A stretch of 64,000 bases of DNA from Clostridia bacterium (GTDB taxonomy: Bacteria > Bacillota > Clostridia > UMGS1883): assembly GCA_045661145.1 (NCBI GenBank), contig JAZRFC010000048.1, forward strand, positions 2,071-66,070, read 5' to 3'. The position numbers and the translations under genes are program-made. How positions within the stretch are numbered: position 1 is the stretch's first letter; every line of letters starts with the position of its first letter. This document shows, piece by piece, positions 16,669 through 26,873 of this stretch. The notes under the pieces were generated by a model. The model did no database searches. It was not told where the DNA came from and was given only the letters and a program-made list of their open reading frames with translations.

Positions 16669-18599
16669 TTGTCCTGCTTCCTTTCGGGAGTAAATATTCT
16701 GTATGAAAGGGGATGAATTTCCATAGAAAGATTATGACCGTCAGTTATTTTTTCTCCGCTTAATGTGTCGGAAAGAGAAGTAATTCTCCAGGGAGATAAA
16801 TTAAGGTCTATATATTGATTATCGTTGCCTGCATTAACGATAATGATAGTCTCTTCCCCATTTTGTTTGTTGCCGAAAGCATCCTTGCCGTTTTCAAAGT
16901 TTCGCATAAAGGCAAAGACTCCGCCTTCTGCAAAGATAGTTGAACATAGACCCGTACGGAGAGAGGGGGCTTCGTTTCTTAATTTAGTGAAAAGCTTTAA
17001 CTGTCTCATTATCTCGCTTTCGCCATGCTCCCAATCCATGGGTGCACGGTTAAAGGGGTCTGCAAATCCCGTCATTTCCATTTCGTCCCCGTAGTATACG
17101 GTAGGGGCACCGGGGAGAGTCATCTGCAGACATATTGCAAGGACCATTCGCCTTTTTGCAAGGTTCAGCTTATCCTCAGATATAACATAGTCGTGTTGCT
17201 CCTGCCTTGAAAGTGTGCGGAAATCAGGAGTGTCTGCAAGCACCGTAAGTGCTCTCGGTACATCATGAGAGGAAAGAAGATTCATAGCAGTGTAAAGAGC
17301 TTCTTTCGGGTAATTCTCCAGAAGAGAATGTATCTTTCCCGAAAACGCTTTTGCATCTCCCGTTGTAAGATAGGAAAGTACCCCGTCGCGAAAAACATAA
17401 TTCATCACGCTGTCCAGCTCATCACCCATCAAAAAGTGACGGTTTTCCCCGTAGCTTACCTTATTGGAAGCATCTTCCCATACCTCACCAATCAGAAGTG
17501 AATCGGGATTTTCCTCTTTAAGAGATTTTCTGAGAATTTTTATAAATTTGTCAGGAAGCTCGTCTGCTACATCAAGACGGAAGCCTGATGCCCCGCGGCG
17601 AAGCCATTTTTTTATAACGCTGTCTTTTCCCTCTGCAATATATTCTGTAAAATTCTTATCCAATTCATTAACATTGGGAAGTGTATCGAACCCCCACCAG
17701 GATTCATATTTGTCGGGGTAAGAGGTAAAGTTATACCAACTGTAAAAAGGAGATTTCTTGCTTTGATATGCGCCAATACTGTCGTAGTGACCGTATTTGT
17801 TGAAATATCTGCTGTCGGCACCCGTATGGCTGAAAACCCCGTCAAGGATAATACGGATTCCCTGTCTTTTTGCTTCTTTGGAAAGCTCCTCAAAATCCTT
17901 TACACTGCCCAAAAGCTCATCAGGGGTTTCATAATCTCCCGTGTCGTATCGGTGGTTAGAAAAAGCCTTGGAAATGGGGTTTAAATATATTGCAGTGATC
18001 CCCAAATCCTTAAGGTAGGGAAGCTTCTTTTTTATACCGTCAAAATTGCCACCAAAAAAGTCGTTGGAAAGATACTCTCCTCCGAATTGGTCGGGACGGT
18101 AGAAAGGCTCGTCATTCCATTTCCTTTCTATTCCATGGAAAGGAGTTTCTTTCCCTCTCATAAACCTGTCGGGGAAAATCTGGTACACAACTGCATTTTT
18201 CATCCAATCAGGTGTTTTAAAGTTCTTGTTGTAAACCGTTATCTGATACATACTGACAGGCACCGAAATACATTCTTCACCCAAACCGCCCGTATGCGCG
18301 GAATTGTTCCCGTAATAGAGTATACATCCGTCAGCACATACCTTAAAATAGTAAAACAAAAGTCTTCCCTCAGAGGGTGTTTCTATTTTGCACTCATAGA
18401 TTTTGTTCCCGTTTGCTTCGAAAGAAAACGCCATCTCCGTTTCGACATTATCGATAATGCAACAAACTTTCTCGGGAACGGAAAAGGACTCCACACAAAG
18501 TCTTAATATAATCTCTGTATCAGTAGGGCAGGCACCAAAAGGGGTGCGGTAAAAAAGCTCGCCCGAATTATGTTCTATACGCAATGTATACCACCTCAA
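16644..18599 (-). CDS. GH13 alpha-glycosidase (neopullulanase / cyclomaltodextrinase-like)
   Basis: 651 aa. GH13 conserved regions DGVFSHTG, GFRLDVADE, EVWED and LLSSHDVPR are present, plus an N-terminal beta-sandwich domain. Confidence 0.88.
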   Translation of the reverse strand: MRWYTLRIEHNSGELFYRTPFGACPTDTEIILRLCVESFSVPEKVCCIIDNVETEMAFSFEANGNKIYECKIETPSEGRLLFYYFKVCADGCILYYGNNSAHTGGLGEECISVPVSMYQITVYNKNFKTPDWMKNAVVYQIFPDRFMRGKETPFHGIERKWNDEPFYRPDQFGGEYLSNDFFGGNFDGIKKKLPYLKDLGITAIYLNPISKAFSNHRYDTGDYETPDELLGSVKDFEELSKEAKRQGIRIILDGVFSHTGADSRYFNKYGHYDSIGAYQSKKSPFYSWYNFTSYPDKYESWWGFDTLPNVNELDKNFTEYIAEGKDSVIKKWLRRGASGFRLDVADELPDKFIKILRKSLKEENPDSLLIGEVWEDASNKVSYGENRHFLMGDELDSVMNYVFRDGVLSYLTTGDAKAFSGKIHSLLENYPKEALYTAMNLLSSHDVPRALTVLADTPDFRTLSRQEQHDYVISEDKLNLAKRRMVLAICLQMTLPGAPTVYYGDEMEMTGFADPFNRAPMDWEHGESEIMRQLKLFTKLRNEAPSLRTGLCSTIFAEGGVFAFMRNFENGKDAFGNKQNGEETIIIVNAGNDNQYIDLNLSPWRITSLSDTLSGEKITDGHNLSMEIHPLSYRIFTPERKQDKCTKIQNI

Positions 18600-18704
18600 T
18601 GTTATATTATATCCTATTTCAGTTAAAAGGGCAATAAATTTCTTGTAAAACTGTCTTATTTATTATATAATACAATAGATATATAATGTTTTGGAGGAAA
18701 TTCC

Positions 18705-19829
18705 ATGTCATCTAAGCGACTTCTTCTGACTATACCGACCTTTTTTGGTACGGAAGCAACCCTTGCCCACGAGGTGCGTTCCTTAGGATACGAAACTACT
18801 GAGGTTACAGACGGCAGAGTGACTTTTGAGGGCGATTTTGAAGCAATTGCCCTTGCCAATGTGAATGTACGCTCGGGACAGCGCGTCCTTATAAAAATGG
18901 CTCAGTTCAAGGCAACCACCTTTGAGGAGCTTTTTCAGGGAGTGTACAATATAGAGTGGGAAAATTTCATACAGCAGGACTGTGCATTTCCCGTCAAAGG
19001 AACATCGCTTAAAAGTCAGCTTTCCAGCGTGCCTGCCTGCACAAGTATCGTTAAAAAAGCAGTTGTAAAAAGACTCGCGGCAAAGTACAGAATTGAACAG
19101 TTTGAGGAAACAGGACCCATGATGCGCATTCAGTTCTCCCTGATGCGTGATGTTGCGACAATATACCTTGATACCACGGGAGAACCTCTTTACAAGCGAG
19201 GATACAGAGCCCAGGGTGTAGTTGCTCCTATGCGTGAAACTCTGGCATTCTCTATGATAGATATTACCCGTTGGCGTGGGGACAGACCTTTTATTGACCC
19301 GTTCTGCGGAAGCGGAACAATTCCCATAGAGGCGGCACTGTATGCAAAGAAAATTGCCCCCGGTCTTAACCGAAGCTTTGTCAGCGAAAAATGGCGTGTA
19401 ATGGGAAGAGGCCTCTATGATGATGTTCGTGAGGAAGCACGTTCCATTATCGATAATGTGATTGAGCCGACGATTTTTGCTTCTGATATTGATAAGGAAG
19501 CGGTCAGACTTGCAATGGAAAACGCACGGAAAGCCGGTGTTGACAAATATATCCGCTTTTCTGTGTGTGATGCGGCAAAGGTTCCTCTTTTTGAGGAAAA
19601 AGGCGTTCTTGTTTCCAATCCCCCTTACGGAGAAAGGCTTATGGACAACACGAGCTGCGAAAGTCTTTACAGAAGAATCGGCAAGCACTTCTCGAAGCAT
19701 ACAAACATCGGCAAGTATATACTTACATCCCACGAGGGGTTTGAGGAATGTTATGGCAGACCTGCCGACAAAAAGAGAAAGCTCTACAACGGAATGCTGA
19801 AATGTTACCTCTATCAGTATTTTAAATGA
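18705..19829 (+). CDS. THUMP-domain class I SAM-dependent RNA methyltransferase (RlmL N-half / YpsC-like)
   Basis: 374 aa with THUMP-like N-terminus, DPFCGSGTI and NPPYGERL motifs. Confidence 0.85.
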   Translation: MSSKRLLLTIPTFFGTEATLAHEVRSLGYETTEVTDGRVTFEGDFEAIALANVNVRSGQRVLIKMAQFKATTFEELFQGVYNIEWENFIQQDCAFPVKGTSLKSQLSSVPACTSIVKKAVVKRLAAKYRIEQFEETGPMMRIQFSLMRDVATIYLDTTGEPLYKRGYRAQGVVAPMRETLAFSMIDITRWRGDRPFIDPFCGSGTIPIEAALYAKKIAPGLNRSFVSEKWRVMGRGLYDDVREEARSIIDNVIEPTIFASDIDKEAVRLAMENARKAGVDKYIRFSVCDAAKVPLFEEKGVLVSNPPYGERLMDNTSCESLYRRIGKHFSKHTNIGKYILTSHEGFEECYGRPADKKRKLYNGMLKCYLYQYFK

Positions 19830-19862
19830 TTTTTTCGCATACCTTGTACAGAGGTGAGCGAA

Positions 19863-20066
19863 ATGAAAGAAAAAACAAAAAAATACCTTATAATGCTTGC
19901 ATACAGAACAGCCTTTGCAATTGGTATTTTCGTTATTTTATTTGTAATCGGAATTTTTGCGTCGGGATTTATTGAAAAATTGAGTCCCGTCTGGACAAAA
20001 AGTATAAATATACGGAAAGCGGGAGGTTTCTTTTTAAACTTTTTAAAGGAGATTTTTCCTTTCTGA
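19863..20066 (+). CDS. Small hypothetical membrane protein (67 aa)
   Basis: ATG is preceded by GAGGTGA. It has one hydrophobic helix (AFAIGIFVILFVIGIFASGFI) and ends in KEIFPF. Confidence 0.4.
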   Translation: MKEKTKKYLIMLAYRTAFAIGIFVILFVIGIFASGFIEKLSPVWTKSINIRKAGGFFLNFLKEIFPF

Positions 20067-20083
20067 AAACACAGGAGAATAAG

Positions 20084-21937
20084 ATGAACACTTTACAAAA
20101 TCTAGATAAGCTTTTTTCAAAAATACAGAAAGCAACTCACTACGCTGGTGGGGAGCTTAACAGCGTAATAAAAAACCCCGAAGATGTTAAAATCCGCTAT
20201 GCTTTTGCCTTTCCCGACACCTACGAGGTGGGGATGAGCCACCTGGGTATGAAAATCCTTTACCATATTTTGAATGAGAGGGAGGATACCTACTGCGAGC
20301 GTGTTTTTGCTCCATGGATTGATATGGAGGAGGAAATGCGAAAAGCCGGCGTACCCCTTTTTACAAACGAAACCCACACTCCCGTAAAAGAGTTTGATTT
20401 CCTCGGAATAACACTCCAATACGAAATGTGCTATTCAAATGTCCTCAATATGCTTTCTCTTGCAGGTATACCGCTTCTTTCATCCGAACGTGGGGAGGAT
20501 GACCCCTTTGTAAACGGCGGAGGTCCCTGTGCATACAACCCCGAACCTCTTGCTGATATTTTCGACTTTTTCACTATGGGTGAGGGGGAAGATGTAATCG
20601 GTGAGCTGATGGACGCTTTCAACGAATGGAAAGAAGAGGGCGGTACAAGGAAAGACTACCTTAAAAAAATTGCAAAGATTGAGGGTATATATGTCCCCTC
20701 GCTCTACGACGTTTCATATAACGAAGACGGCACAATAAAGAGTATGATTCCCAACTGTCCCGAAGCATCTGAAAAGGTTAAAAAGAGAATTATCTCTGAT
20801 TTGGACAAGGTTACTTATCCCGACAAATTTATTGTTCCTTTCTCCGATATTGTGCACGACAGAAGTAATATCGAGGTTTTCCGCGGTTGTATCCGTGGTT
20901 GCAGATTCTGTCAGGCAGGTATGATTTACCGTCCCGTCAGGGAAAAAAGTGCAGATACCCTTGTAAAGGATGCCTGTGCCCTTATTGAATCCACGGGGTA
21001 TGAGGAAATGGGGCTTTCCAGCCTTTCTACGAGTGACTACACACAGCTTCCCGAGCTTACGGACAAGCTGTTGGCTCTTACGGAAAAGGGGAAAGTCAGC
21101 CTTTCTCTGCCATCGCTTAGGGTGGATAATTTCAGCCTTGACCTTATGGAAAGAGTGCAGAAGGTCAGGAAAAGCGGACTTACTTTTGCTCCCGAAGCAG
21201 GAAGTCAGCGTATGCGTGATGTTATAAACAAAAATGTTTCCGAGGAAGACCTTATAAAATCGGCAACCCTTGCCTTTGAGGGCGGTTGGAACAGCGTGAA
21301 GCTGTACTTTATGATTGGACTTCCCTACGAGGATTACCCTGATATAAAGGGAATTTCCGAGCTTGCGGAAAAGGTTGTGGAATGCTTCTACAAAAGTGAT
21401 AAAACCAACAAACGCCGTCCCCCGTCAGTGACGCTTAGTGTTGCAAGCTTTGTGCCTAAGCCATTTACTCCTTTCCAATGGGCGGCTCAGGACAGTATTG
21501 AAACTCTTTCGGAAAAACAGCTCTTCCTGAAAAATGAAATCAGGAACCGTAAAATCCGCTATAACTACCACCAGAGTGATGTCAGTGTGCTTGAGGGCGT
21601 GTTTGCCCGCGGTGACAGAAAATTAAACAAGGTGCTTTTACGTGCTCACGAGCTAGGATGTAAGCTTGACGGCTGGAACGAATGCTTCAGCCTCGAAAAG
21701 TGGGAGCAGGCATTTAGTGACTGTGGTATAGATATGGAATTTTACACCCGTGCTCGTGATTACGACGAAATTCTTCCTTGGGATTTCGTGGACATCGGTG
21801 TAACGAGAGAATTTATGATAAACGAAAACGAAAAGGCAAAGCAGGCACTTACAACACCCAACTGCCGTGAAAAATGCAGCGGCTGCGGTGCGGCAAAGCT
21901 GTGCAAGGAAAAGAAAGGATGTGTGTGCTTTGAATAA
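20084..21937 (+). CDS. B12-binding-domain radical SAM protein (TIGR03960-like)
   Basis: 617 aa with the radical SAM CxxxCxxC motif (CIRGCRFCQAG). It is followed by the usual partner gene. Confidence 0.85.
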   Translation: MNTLQNLDKLFSKIQKATHYAGGELNSVIKNPEDVKIRYAFAFPDTYEVGMSHLGMKILYHILNEREDTYCERVFAPWIDMEEEMRKAGVPLFTNETHTPVKEFDFLGITLQYEMCYSNVLNMLSLAGIPLLSSERGEDDPFVNGGGPCAYNPEPLADIFDFFTMGEGEDVIGELMDAFNEWKEEGGTRKDYLKKIAKIEGIYVPSLYDVSYNEDGTIKSMIPNCPEASEKVKKRIISDLDKVTYPDKFIVPFSDIVHDRSNIEVFRGCIRGCRFCQAGMIYRPVREKSADTLVKDACALIESTGYEEMGLSSLSTSDYTQLPELTDKLLALTEKGKVSLSLPSLRVDNFSLDLMERVQKVRKSGLTFAPEAGSQRMRDVINKNVSEEDLIKSATLAFEGGWNSVKLYFMIGLPYEDYPDIKGISELAEKVVECFYKSDKTNKRRPPSVTLSVASFVPKPFTPFQWAAQDSIETLSEKQLFLKNEIRNRKIRYNYHQSDVSVLEGVFARGDRKLNKVLLRAHELGCKLDGWNECFSLEKWEQAFSDCGIDMEFYTRARDYDEILPWDFVDIGVTREFMINENEKAKQALTTPNCREKCSGCGAAKLCKEKKGCVCFE

Positions 21938-22559
21938 TAATTACTACCTCCGCTACGAAAAAACGGAAAATGTAAAGTATGTATCGCACCTTGACTTTGT
22001 CAGGATGTTCGGCAGAGCACTCCGCCGTGCACATCTTCCCATTGCCTATTCCGAGGGATTCAATCCACATCCGCTTTTAGGTTTTGCTCTGCCCTTGTCG
22101 GTAGGATACACAAGTGAGTGCGAAATTCTCGAAATAGCACTTACGGAAGAAATTGCCCCCGACGAAATTATGGAAAGGTTTAACAGGGTTTTGCCCGACG
22201 GTGTTAAAATTCTTTCTGTTCACGAGGGAAAGAGCAATATGAAAAAACTTGACATTGCCCTTTATCAGGTGTTCCCCGAAAAAACACCTGCAGGAATTGC
22301 AGCGTTTCTTGCTATGGACGAAATTCTTATTGAAAAGAAAACGAAAAGCGGAATTAAGGAAACTGACATCCGCCCCGACATCAAGGATATAAAAGTAACC
22401 TTGGGCAAAATAGAAATGACACTTTCTGCGGGAAGCCGAAGTAACCTTAAGCCTGAGGTTGTAATTGCGGCAATGAACAAATACATTGCAGGATATAACA
22501 GCGGCGACTGCCGTTATCACAGAAAACAGATTTTTGATTTAGAAATGAATGTGATTTAA
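21930..22559 (+). CDS. Radical SAM-associated DUF2344 protein (TIGR03936-like)
   Basis: YLRYEKTENVKYVSHLDFVRMFGRALRRAHLPIAYSEGFNPHP is typical of the family. The start is uncertain: TTG 21930 or GTG 21921 was chosen over the long overlapping ORF start at 21867. Confidence 0.75.
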   Translation: MNNNYYLRYEKTENVKYVSHLDFVRMFGRALRRAHLPIAYSEGFNPHPLLGFALPLSVGYTSECEILEIALTEEIAPDEIMERFNRVLPDGVKILSVHEGKSNMKKLDIALYQVFPEKTPAGIAAFLAMDEILIEKKTKSGIKETDIRPDIKDIKVTLGKIEMTLSAGSRSNLKPEVVIAAMNKYIAGYNSGDCRYHRKQIFDLEMNVI

Positions 22560-24034
22560 TGAAAAAGCAAAGCTTTCTTTACGGTGCGACGGTACTTGCC
22601 GCCGCATCCATACTGTGCAAAATAATGAGTGCTGCACTTAAAATTCCTCTGGACAGGCTGTTTCTTCACGAGGAGGGGATAGGTGTTTACCAGAGTGCCT
22701 ATGCTATATATAATGTAGTGCTGGCTTTCTGTGTGACGGGTATTCCCATTGCACTTTCAAGCCTTATTGCAGGAAGTGACGAAAAAGAGGCATCCTCACT
22801 TTGCAAATCAACTCTTTTATTCGTTACGGTTATAACCACACTTGCGGGAATACTGCTCTTTGTATTTGCGGAGCCGTTGGCAAGGATTCTTTCAGGAGGT
22901 GGAGATGCTTTTGCCGCACCGTCACTAAGAGTCCTTTCGATAGCCTTTCCCTTTATGGGAATAATCAGCTCGCGAAGAGGCTATTTTCAGGGAAAAAGCA
23001 TAATGACTCCCTCGGGAATAAGCCAGCTTGCAGAAAGTCTGGCAAAGGTAATCCTGGGAATAGGCATTTGTGCAATGACATATAAAATGGGTATTTCCTA
23101 TGGTGCCGCAGGGGCAATAGCAGGCGTAAGTGCAGGTGCAATTTTTGCCTCGCTTGTTCTTGAAATTTCGTTCCGTCGTGAAAGAATCGAAAAAGGAGAA
23201 GTTTCCTTAAAAAAAGCGTGGTCGGTATTTAAAATTTCAGTTCCGATGACCTTGGGTGCTTTCGGCTTTACGGCAGTAATGCTCCTTGATACGGTAAGCG
23301 TTCCTCAGATTCTTTCCCGTATAGGGATTGTGGAGGGAGAAAGACTTAAGCTTTTCGGTTACCTGACCCGTGCAAACACAATCTATAACCTGCCTGCTAC
23401 TGTAATTTCAGCCTTTACGGCAAGTGCTGTGCCCGTGCTGGCATTTTCAAAAGGCGACAGAAGAGCCCTCGGTGAAAACAGCGTCAGGGTAATAAAGCTC
23501 ATATTCCTTGCGGCACTTCCCTGTGCGCTTGGAATGATTCTTTTTCCCAAAGAGCTTCTTCTTTTGATATACTCCTCACAAAATCATTGGGGGCTTCTGG
23601 CACTTACGGGCGTAACGGTAATGGTTATACCTTATATGCAAACCGTTACGGCAATGCTTCAGACTCTCGGCAAGGTGTGGTCGCCAATATGGATAACCAT
23701 GGGTGCAGTTATACTGAAGTTTGCTCTTAATATCTTTTTTATAAATCTCTACGGAGTGGAGGGAGCCGTTCTTTCAACGGCAGCAGCATTTGGAACGGGT
23801 GCAATTTTAAATACCCTGCTTCTCCTTAAAATTACCCCTCTTTCAGGCGGTGGAAAGATTATAGGGAAGCTGATTGCGTGTGCACTCATTGCCTGTATGG
23901 GAGCAAAAACCCTGCATCTTTTTACGGGCGGCACACTGATGCTTCTTGTAAGCATAGCTCTTGCAGCGGCAGTGTATTTTGTGCTTGTGATTAAAACAAG
24001 GTGTATTGTTAAGGAAGAATTTAAAAGGGGATGA
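22559..24034 (+). CDS. MOP-superfamily flippase (YabM / SpoVB / MurJ-like polysaccharide biosynthesis protein)
   Basis: 491 aa with about 14 TM segments. The synteny with mazG resembles B. subtilis yabM-yabN. Confidence 0.8.
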   Translation: MKKQSFLYGATVLAAASILCKIMSAALKIPLDRLFLHEEGIGVYQSAYAIYNVVLAFCVTGIPIALSSLIAGSDEKEASSLCKSTLLFVTVITTLAGILLFVFAEPLARILSGGGDAFAAPSLRVLSIAFPFMGIISSRRGYFQGKSIMTPSGISQLAESLAKVILGIGICAMTYKMGISYGAAGAIAGVSAGAIFASLVLEISFRRERIEKGEVSLKKAWSVFKISVPMTLGAFGFTAVMLLDTVSVPQILSRIGIVEGERLKLFGYLTRANTIYNLPATVISAFTASAVPVLAFSKGDRRALGENSVRVIKLIFLAALPCALGMILFPKELLLLIYSSQNHWGLLALTGVTVMVIPYMQTVTAMLQTLGKVWSPIWITMGAVILKFALNIFFINLYGVEGAVLSTAAAFGTGAILNTLLLLKITPLSGGGKIIGKLIACALIACMGAKTLHLFTGGTLMLLVSIALAAAVYFVLVIKTRCIVKEEFKRG

Positions 24035-24038
24035 CAGT

Positions 24039-24680
24039 ATGGAAAAGAAAATAGATTTTTACGAATTTTGTGATATAATCGAAAAGCTCCGTGCACCGGG
24101 CGGATGCCCCTGGGACAGAGAGCAGACCCATAAATCCCTCGCAACCTGTCTCCTTGAAGAAGCTTATGAGGCAAATGATGCAATTGACGAGGGGGACCCA
24201 ATGAAAATTGCGGACGAGCTTGGTGACGTGCTTTTGCAGGTGGTTATGCACGCACAGATTGGAAAGGAAGAGGGGACATTCACCATTGATGATGTTACCG
24301 ATGCCGTAGCGAAAAAAATGATAGAGCGTCATCCTCATGTATTTGGAGATGTCTCGGTGAAAAACAGCGAGGAAGTTCTGGATAATTGGGAGAAAATCAA
24401 AAAGAGCCAGAGGGGACAGAAAACTGTGTATGAGGCAATAGAATCCATCACAAAATCCCTCCCGTCACTTTCAAGAGCAACCAAGGTTATAGGAAAGGCT
24501 GTTAAGGCAGAACTTTACACTTTTGACAGTGAAGAAAAGCTTTCGGGAGAGGAAATCGGAGCCAAACTTTTTGAGATTTGTGCCCTTGCCCGTAAAAATG
24601 GGGTAGACCCCGAGGCAGAATTGGCGTTATTTACAAAAAAATTTATCAAAAATTTCAAGAATATTGAAGAAAACACTTGA
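24039..24680 (+). CDS. mazG: MazG nucleoside triphosphate pyrophosphohydrolase
   Basis: Internal ATG start (MEKKIDFYEFCDIIEKLRAPGGCPWDREQTHKSL), with EExYEaxDAI and ELGDVLLQV motifs. Confidence 0.88.
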   Translation: MEKKIDFYEFCDIIEKLRAPGGCPWDREQTHKSLATCLLEEAYEANDAIDEGDPMKIADELGDVLLQVVMHAQIGKEEGTFTIDDVTDAVAKKMIERHPHVFGDVSVKNSEEVLDNWEKIKKSQRGQKTVYEAIESITKSLPSLSRATKVIGKAVKAELYTFDSEEKLSGEEIGAKLFEICALARKNGVDPEAELALFTKKFIKNFKNIEENT

Positions 24681-24774
24681 ATATAGGCAAAAAATATGGT
24701 ATTATAAGGAAGACATCAAAGTGCGATATAATCGCAAGATTTATATTTTACAAAAAATAAAAGGAGGAAAAATT

Positions 24775-25047
24775 ATGAATAAGACAGAACTCGTAGCAGC
24801 AATTGCAGCAAATGCAGAGCTTTCCAAGAAGGATGCTGAAAAGGCTCTCAACGCTTTTGTTGGTGCTGTTGAAGATGCTCTTAAGAAGGGTGACAAGATT
24901 CAGCTCGTTGGCTTCGGTACATTCGAAGTTAGAGAAAGAGCTGCTCGTGAATGCATCAATCCCCAGACTAAGGCTAAGGTTAAGGTTCCTGCTTCTAAGG
25001 TTCCCGCTTTCAAGGCTGGTCAGGCTCTTAAGAACATCGTTAAATAA
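24775..25047 (+). CDS. hup: HU-family DNA-binding protein
   Basis: 90 aa reading MNKTELVAAIA...GFGTFEVRERAARECINPQT..., with an AAGGAGG RBS 7 nt upstream. Confidence 0.95.
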   Translation: MNKTELVAAIAANAELSKKDAEKALNAFVGAVEDALKKGDKIQLVGFGTFEVRERAARECINPQTKAKVKVPASKVPAFKAGQALKNIVK

Positions 25048-25066
25048 TTTAGCGATAAATAAAAAA

Positions 25067-25095
25067 GGCAGTACGCATAGCGTACTGCCTTTTTG
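25067..25095 (+). terminator. Intrinsic terminator of hup
   Basis: GGCAGTACGC-ATA-GCGTACTGCC followed by TTTTT. Confidence 0.85.
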
Positions 25096-25112
25096 TTTGT
25101 GTAAAGCGAGCT

Positions 25113-25140
25113 AAAAAAGCCGTTCTCATTCGAGAACGGC
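25113..25140 (-). terminator. Intrinsic terminator of the convergent membrane-protein gene
   Basis: GCCGTTCTC-ATTC-GAGAACGGC, with a U-run on the minus strand (A-run 25113-25118). Confidence 0.75.
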
Positions 25141-25160
25141 TTTCCCATATTTCAACAAAC

Positions 25161-25655
25161 TTAAAAGGGAAGAATTTCCCAGAAACGGGGTTCTGCTGCT
25201 GCAACAACAAGTATTGCAATGCTTACAAATGTAACGGACAAAAACGCGATTTTCCAACCACCCTCATACTTTCTGCGGATTTTAAGAGCGTAATAAACCT
25301 GTGTAAGCACAAATGCAATTAAAAGACCTAAATAAGCAATCATATACGCTCTGTTATCCTGAAGCGGTGAACGGATAATTTGCATACTGAGGAAAACAAA
25401 CAGGAACATACCGCTGTAAAGATAGTAGCCCTTTCTGTCCTTATACGCACTCCATGCGGCACAAACCATCGCACCCGCAAGAGAAATCCATTTGAGAAAA
25501 TCCATGAACGTTATTGCTCCTAAAACTGTTGAGGAGAACGAGCACATTCTTCTGAAAAACATAAGAAGCAATGCATATAAAATTATAAATGAAGAAAGCA
25601 GGACAATTCTGTTGCTGAGTTTTTCTTTATCCTGTTTTGTAAAATCGTTTTTCAT
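25161..25655 (-). CDS. Hypothetical polytopic membrane protein (164 aa)
   Basis: Four to five hydrophobic segments and no recognisable motif. It ends in RFWEILPF. Confidence 0.6.
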   Translation of the reverse strand: MKNDFTKQDKEKLSNRIVLLSSFIILYALLLMFFRRMCSFSSTVLGAITFMDFLKWISLAGAMVCAAWSAYKDRKGYYLYSGMFLFVFLSMQIIRSPLQDNRAYMIAYLGLLIAFVLTQVYYALKIRRKYEGGWKIAFLSVTFVSIAILVVAAAEPRFWEILPF

Positions 25656-25747
25656 TTTATCCCTCCGAGAGATTTTATCTACCCTCTTATTTTACAATGT
25701 ATAGTGTAAAAAGTCAATCTTTTTCCTAAAAATTTCATATATTTAGG

Positions 25748-26809
25748 TCAGATTTTGTCGGTGCTCTGTGAGTAAAATTTCCTTATTATATCCTCATAAA
25801 CTCCGTCGGTTCTTGTAAAATCCATTGCATCAATATAAAAGGCTTCCAAATCGTCGTGTATATCCTTTGCCTTTTTTACAAGGGCACAAGCCTTGCCCAG
25901 AAGCTCTTTTGCGTATTTCTGTCTTGATGCACATTCTTCCGTAGAGGAAAGCGGACTGTAAAAACTTTCTTCCGCTGCATTTTCATTAAAGCGGAGAAAA
26001 CTATTCTGAGTGACTACCGCAACACGGCTGTCTGGAAAAATCAGGTGGTCGCATTTTCTGGGCATTACGGAACAGGGGCAGTAAATAAAGCTTTCTCCTT
26101 TAAGCTTTGCTCCGCAGGAGATTGCTTTCATAATAAAATCGGAAGCTGCTCCCATATCGTCATCAATTATAAATACTTTGTCGGCAAAGACAGACGGTGT
26201 CTCGGGAAACATCTTTATTTCTCCTACGCTGACGGCACTTAACAGCCTTTTTTCTGTTCTTGACTCCTCTGCCCCCTTAAGCTTTTCAATAACGCTGTTT
26301 GCAAAGGCAAGAGCCTTTTTTTTGAGGATATAACTTTCCGCATACCTCATATTTTCGGAAAGGAGTGCGGCGGCACTCTTTATATATGCCCCTGCCCCCT
26401 TGTGACAGTCGGAAACATCTATCGTGAGCCTTTCTATTTCACGGTTATTGGCAGAAAGCTTTGTTGTATCCCATAAATCACCCGTGTATACGATGTGGTG
26501 CCTTGCCCCCGGAAGATAAGGGTCCTCTGTATGCGGTGCTGTACCGTCCATCATTGCAAAAGAGGCGGTGTGGTCAATTACCGCATCTAAGGAGCTTGGG
26601 TCCGAGGCACAGGCAATAGCCTCAATTGTGTGCCCTTTGGCTTCGGCAAATTTCATAACCCTTTTCATAAGGGATGACTTTCCGCTGCCCGGTCCTCCTT
26701 TGAAAATAAGCAGCTGCATAGAACAATTCTGTCTTTGCAGCTGCTTAAAATAAGTAACAAAATCACTCCCCGAATTAGCACCGAGGAAAAATCTGATTTT
26801 TGAATCCAT
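25748..26809 (-). CDS. P-loop NTPase of unknown function (PRK06851-like)
   Basis: 353 aa with Walker A GGPGSGKSS near the N-terminus and Walker B-like VFIIDDD. Confidence 0.6.
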   Translation of the reverse strand: MDSKIRFFLGANSGSDFVTYFKQLQRQNCSMQLLIFKGGPGSGKSSLMKRVMKFAEAKGHTIEAIACASDPSSLDAVIDHTASFAMMDGTAPHTEDPYLPGARHHIVYTGDLWDTTKLSANNREIERLTIDVSDCHKGAGAYIKSAAALLSENMRYAESYILKKKALAFANSVIEKLKGAEESRTEKRLLSAVSVGEIKMFPETPSVFADKVFIIDDDMGAASDFIMKAISCGAKLKGESFIYCPCSVMPRKCDHLIFPDSRVAVVTQNSFLRFNENAAEESFYSPLSSTEECASRQKYAKELLGKACALVKKAKDIHDDLEAFYIDAMDFTRTDGVYEDIIRKFYSQSTDKI

Positions 26810-26873
26810 AATATCATCCTCCCTATCGCTTTTAGTATATTCAAAAAGGATGAATTATGTGTGTTTTTTTATT

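Noticed and set aside
18783-19733. A 316 aa ORF lies antisense to the THUMP methyltransferase gene.
   Set aside because: It overlaps a well-supported gene completely, has low-complexity Cys/Phe-rich composition and shows no motifs. The same reasoning applies to 46884-47543, 688-1344, 1919-2572, 8538-9212, 15850-16482 and similar shadow ORFs.
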